DNA from: Raillietiella orientalis
Lineage: Eukaryota
DNA: 64,000 bases
Reading direction: 5' to 3'
Assembly (NCBI GenBank): GCA_036172245.1
Contig: JAYWIR010000041.1
Span: forward strand, 1,178,001-1,242,000
The stretch's first letter is position 1; every line of letters starts with the position of its first letter. Shown one piece after another: positions 62,000-64,000 of the stretch. Under the pieces are notes generated by a model. The model saw only the letters and a program-made list of their open reading frames with translations. It did not search any database and was not told the DNA's origin. A program made the translations under genes and the position numbers.

Positions 62000-62200
62000 G
62001 AATTAACAAAATGGCGCCGCTCAGGCCGCATAAGCAAAGCTTCAGGTGTGCGCTTTGTTTTCAGGCCCCTCTCCTTTTCTGCGAACTCCATCTCGAAGAT
62101 GCTGAAGCAGCAAGCAGCTTCATGTATCTTTCTTTCCTTCTCCCTTTGTAAACCACAGTGGTGGACGAAAGCACGAAGCATTACGTTGCTTGGCAATTTT
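62000..62200 (-). mobile_element. Non-LTR RT catalytic-core relic
   Basis: MLRAFVHHCGL (AFADD..L-like), FAEKERGLKTK (GL.IN..K). Confidence 0.4.
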
Positions 62201-62376
62201 TTTTGTTCTGCAATGCGATCAGCCTAGTTTGAGAGGGTATTACAAAGCATTATCGCTACATTATATGTGAGGAAGGTTTTCCTCAAAGGATAAGAGATGT
62301 TTGCTCTGCAATGTAACAAATAGTGCTGTGTACATTGCTGAATATTTTAGGGGCGGGGAAATGGAAAGCAAGTGCC

Positions 62377-62407
<31 letters not shown>

Positions 62408-62419
62408 GCAGGCAAACCT

Positions 62420-64000
62420 AACAAGATGTTTGCTCAGCAAGGACAGCAAGGCGGCAGCACTGAGAAAAGGAACTGGAAATCGACTGAGTATGCTCCAAGG
62501 CAGGGCAGGGAAGGGAATTCGGGAACGACAAAACCTCTTTGTCGCTGTGGGGAGACGAAGCGGATTGGGGCTTTTTCGCTCCAGAACGGCAGGAAAGTAC
62601 GAAAAGGGTAAATTTGAAAATCGCATGCTGCCACGTGATCGCCAGACGAAATTATTACAAAGGAAGTGCCCAGATGATTTATGGATGCTGACTTTCACAG
62701 CCACAATGGATGCCAGGCAAAAGCCGCGCGTTCCCCAGTACGTGGTGTTCTGCCCACGTTTTTCTCTCCCCCTCCCCCAAAACTCGAACGGTTCCTCCAC
62801 CTTCCTGATCGCTGCGCGCACCGCGACGCCGTGTTGTCTTTGAGCAGGTGGGTAATGGGAAATCGGGCGGACTCTGGACCGACTTGCGCTGCTCACCAGA
62901 CGCACAAAAGTGGAACCTCGGACCTCCACCACTCGGGGAGTCGCAGTGGGATTTACCGTCCGTTCTCTGGGCAATTGGCCACAGCGGTGGTGGTTTCTGC
63001 CACCAGCCTTGGAACAGGGGATCTGGAGATCTGGATGCAAAAAGCGAACGAGAAGGAGGGGGGGGGGGGGACAAAAGAGATAAGAGCGACTGGTGGGACT
63101 CGGGCTGCGAAAACGGAGAGTCCCAGAAGTGAAACTCGACTCTGGGCCGAGTCCGAAATCTGCGCGGCAACGACTCGGCCCGCTCCCGCGAACTGATTCC
63201 GAAGACGGCCTGATCATCTGGGCATGGAGACTTGAAGGATCGTGGCTGCTGCCAACTGAAGTAGCGATTCCGCTGTCCCATAAATTATCTGTGCTCAGCA
63301 TCATTTTCAAGACAAACAGCAGTCCTCTAAAAAACACACAGCCACCCACGTAGACAAGCAACTGGCTGCTCTATGCCTTGCGGAAGAGCTCTTCTCTCTC
63401 GATGAGTTCCTGCATGTAGACCCGGAGGAAAAAATGGAGAACCAAGGAGATGCTTTACGTGTTTGGTGTTACTGCAAGGTGCGACTGAGGTTTCTGTTCC
63501 TTCTTTTTTTAGCCGCGAAATGCACCCGTCAGAGAACGAATGGTCCATATAGTTGATGCGGAATTCCCGAAAATCCTTCCACCTTCCCGCCCGAAAAAAA
63601 AAAAAAGGGAGGAGGGGGGTTCTATCGAGATTGCACGTTCATTGGTTAGAATTCCGCAACCTTCCACTCCATAAATATTTCACCTGGAAGATCGAAAAGA
63701 GACCATGGACTCTCCAGAAATTTGCATTGTTTCGTTACCAGAAATACTCAAGAAAAAACAAACCCTTGGCCTCTTCTTTCAAGGCGGTCCGAAGAATGAT
63801 TGACTTGCATGTCCGAGTGGGGCCGTTTCTCTATGTTGATTTATTTAGGTTCCGTGGCCAAATAGCAAAGAGGGCCATCCTAGAAGAATTCTGAAATGCT
63901 TCATCTGCTAATGAGGCTATCTTGTCAGCTATCAGTTTCCAAATTCAGGAATGACGAACATCCCCTTCATCCTGAAGCTTCTTCCGCCTCTGTTGGCGGA
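62420..64000 (+). mobile_element. LINE EN-RT relic running off the window end
   Basis: RSGLGLF, MDADFHSH (GDFN.H), NSNG, SQWDL (S.ID), SSFKAVRRMIDL (GF...R...D), LYVDLFRFRGQI (FVD..KAFD.I). Confidence 0.55.

Noticed and set aside
62261..63361. 366-aa minus-strand ORF
   Set aside because: It is antisense to a LINE endonuclease relic and crosses homopolymer runs.

Overview
This is eukaryotic, transposon-saturated DNA. I found no intact protein-coding gene, RNA gene or CRISPR array. Almost every stretch I could decode is a frameshifted or deleted retrotransposon relic. These include about 25 non-LTR pieces (mostly L1/Tx1-like APE endonuclease, RT and CCHC zinc finger; one with a C-terminal RNase H-like domain; a few RTE-like) and about 10 Ty3/Gypsy pieces (protease, RT, RNase H, integrase, gag), on both strands and partly nested. 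The plant-type L1 features suggest a green-plant host, but this is inference only. The long ORFs in the track look like GC-content or antisense artefacts. Four things stand out. (1) An L1/Tx1-like family ('family X') has four clear copies and one doubtful copy; three of them keep a poly(A)-less 3' end with a conserved hairpin, AATAAA and a terminal CCCGG-loop-CCGGG-TG hairpin. (2) A 405-bp perfectly identical tract sits inside an otherwise diverged inverted repeat whose copies are 35 kb apart. (3) Several perfect snap-back palindromes and duplications look like templated DNA-repair scars, and one is polarised by its paralog. (4) A dispersed 102-bp unit carries TGACGTCA. All domain calls are by-eye motif recognition in degenerate sequence, so boundaries are approximate and no database search was run.
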